Shown here: one piece after another, positions 16,022-16,124 of the stretch
Position numbering within the stretch: the stretch's first letter is position 1
Layout: each line of letters starts with the position of its first letter
NCBI GenBank assembly: GCA_046292385.1
Contig: JBKBRF010000081.1
Location: 1 to 16,124 of the forward strand
DNA length: 16,124 nt
Direction of reading: 5' to 3'
DNA from: Armatimonadota bacterium
GTDB taxonomy: Bacteria > Armatimonadota > SYMT01
Notes under the pieces: generated by a model
Told to the model about the DNA's origin: nothing
What the model saw: only the letters and a program-made list of their open reading frames with translations
The model's database searches: none
Position numbers and translations under genes: made by a program

Positions 16022-16124
16022 TGTCACACGCTGTAAAGTTGGTGCGCCCCGGGGCGCAGAGTATGTTTTGCCGGCTGCAGGGCGGGTACTCGCTTTACAG
16101 CCGGAATCAGGGCCGGAGGTCCGC
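16022..16124 (+). mobile_element. Start of a putative insertion sequence, truncated by the window edge; TIR at 16022-16040
   Basis: TGTCACACGCTGTAAAGTT is the reverse complement of 84-102. Subterminal motifs GGCGCAG, GTTTTGCCG and CTCGCTT are shared with the other end. GGAGG at 16115-16119 suggests a start codon just beyond the window. Confidence 0.7.

Noticed and set aside
16042..16050. Group II intron 5' end (GTGCGCCCC)
   Set aside because: It is part of a 16-bp palindrome inside a TIR-bounded end; the other end lacks it and no domain V is visible.

Overview
GC-rich bacterial segment. The PSCyt/DUF1549/DUF1553 plus DUF1501 gene pair suggests a PVC- or Armatimonadota-like host (inference only). 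Ten credible CDSs: a CbrC/UPF0167 protein with an N-terminal 69-aa tandem duplication resembling colicin/pyocin immunity proteins, a secreted tricorn-like S41 protease, a PSCyt1/DUF1549/DUF1553 c-type cytochrome protein with an inserted CBM-like module, DUF1501, a TPR protein, a DUF2310 Zn-ribbon protein, a two-lobe aspartyl protease, DUF1080, a pentapeptide-repeat protein and a non-canonical DapA-family aldolase. The strongest non-coding signal is at the window ends. Both carry the same 19-bp terminal inverted repeat (TGTCACACGCTGTAAAGTT; 84-102 and 16022-16040), each abutting CAAG and half of a REP-like hairpin. Intact, empty copies of that hairpin sit at 9022-9104. This reads as an IS that targets the CAAG loop of a REP family with a 4-bp duplication, with two copies bracketing about 15.9 kb. 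Protein calls come from motif recognition by eye; no searches were run.
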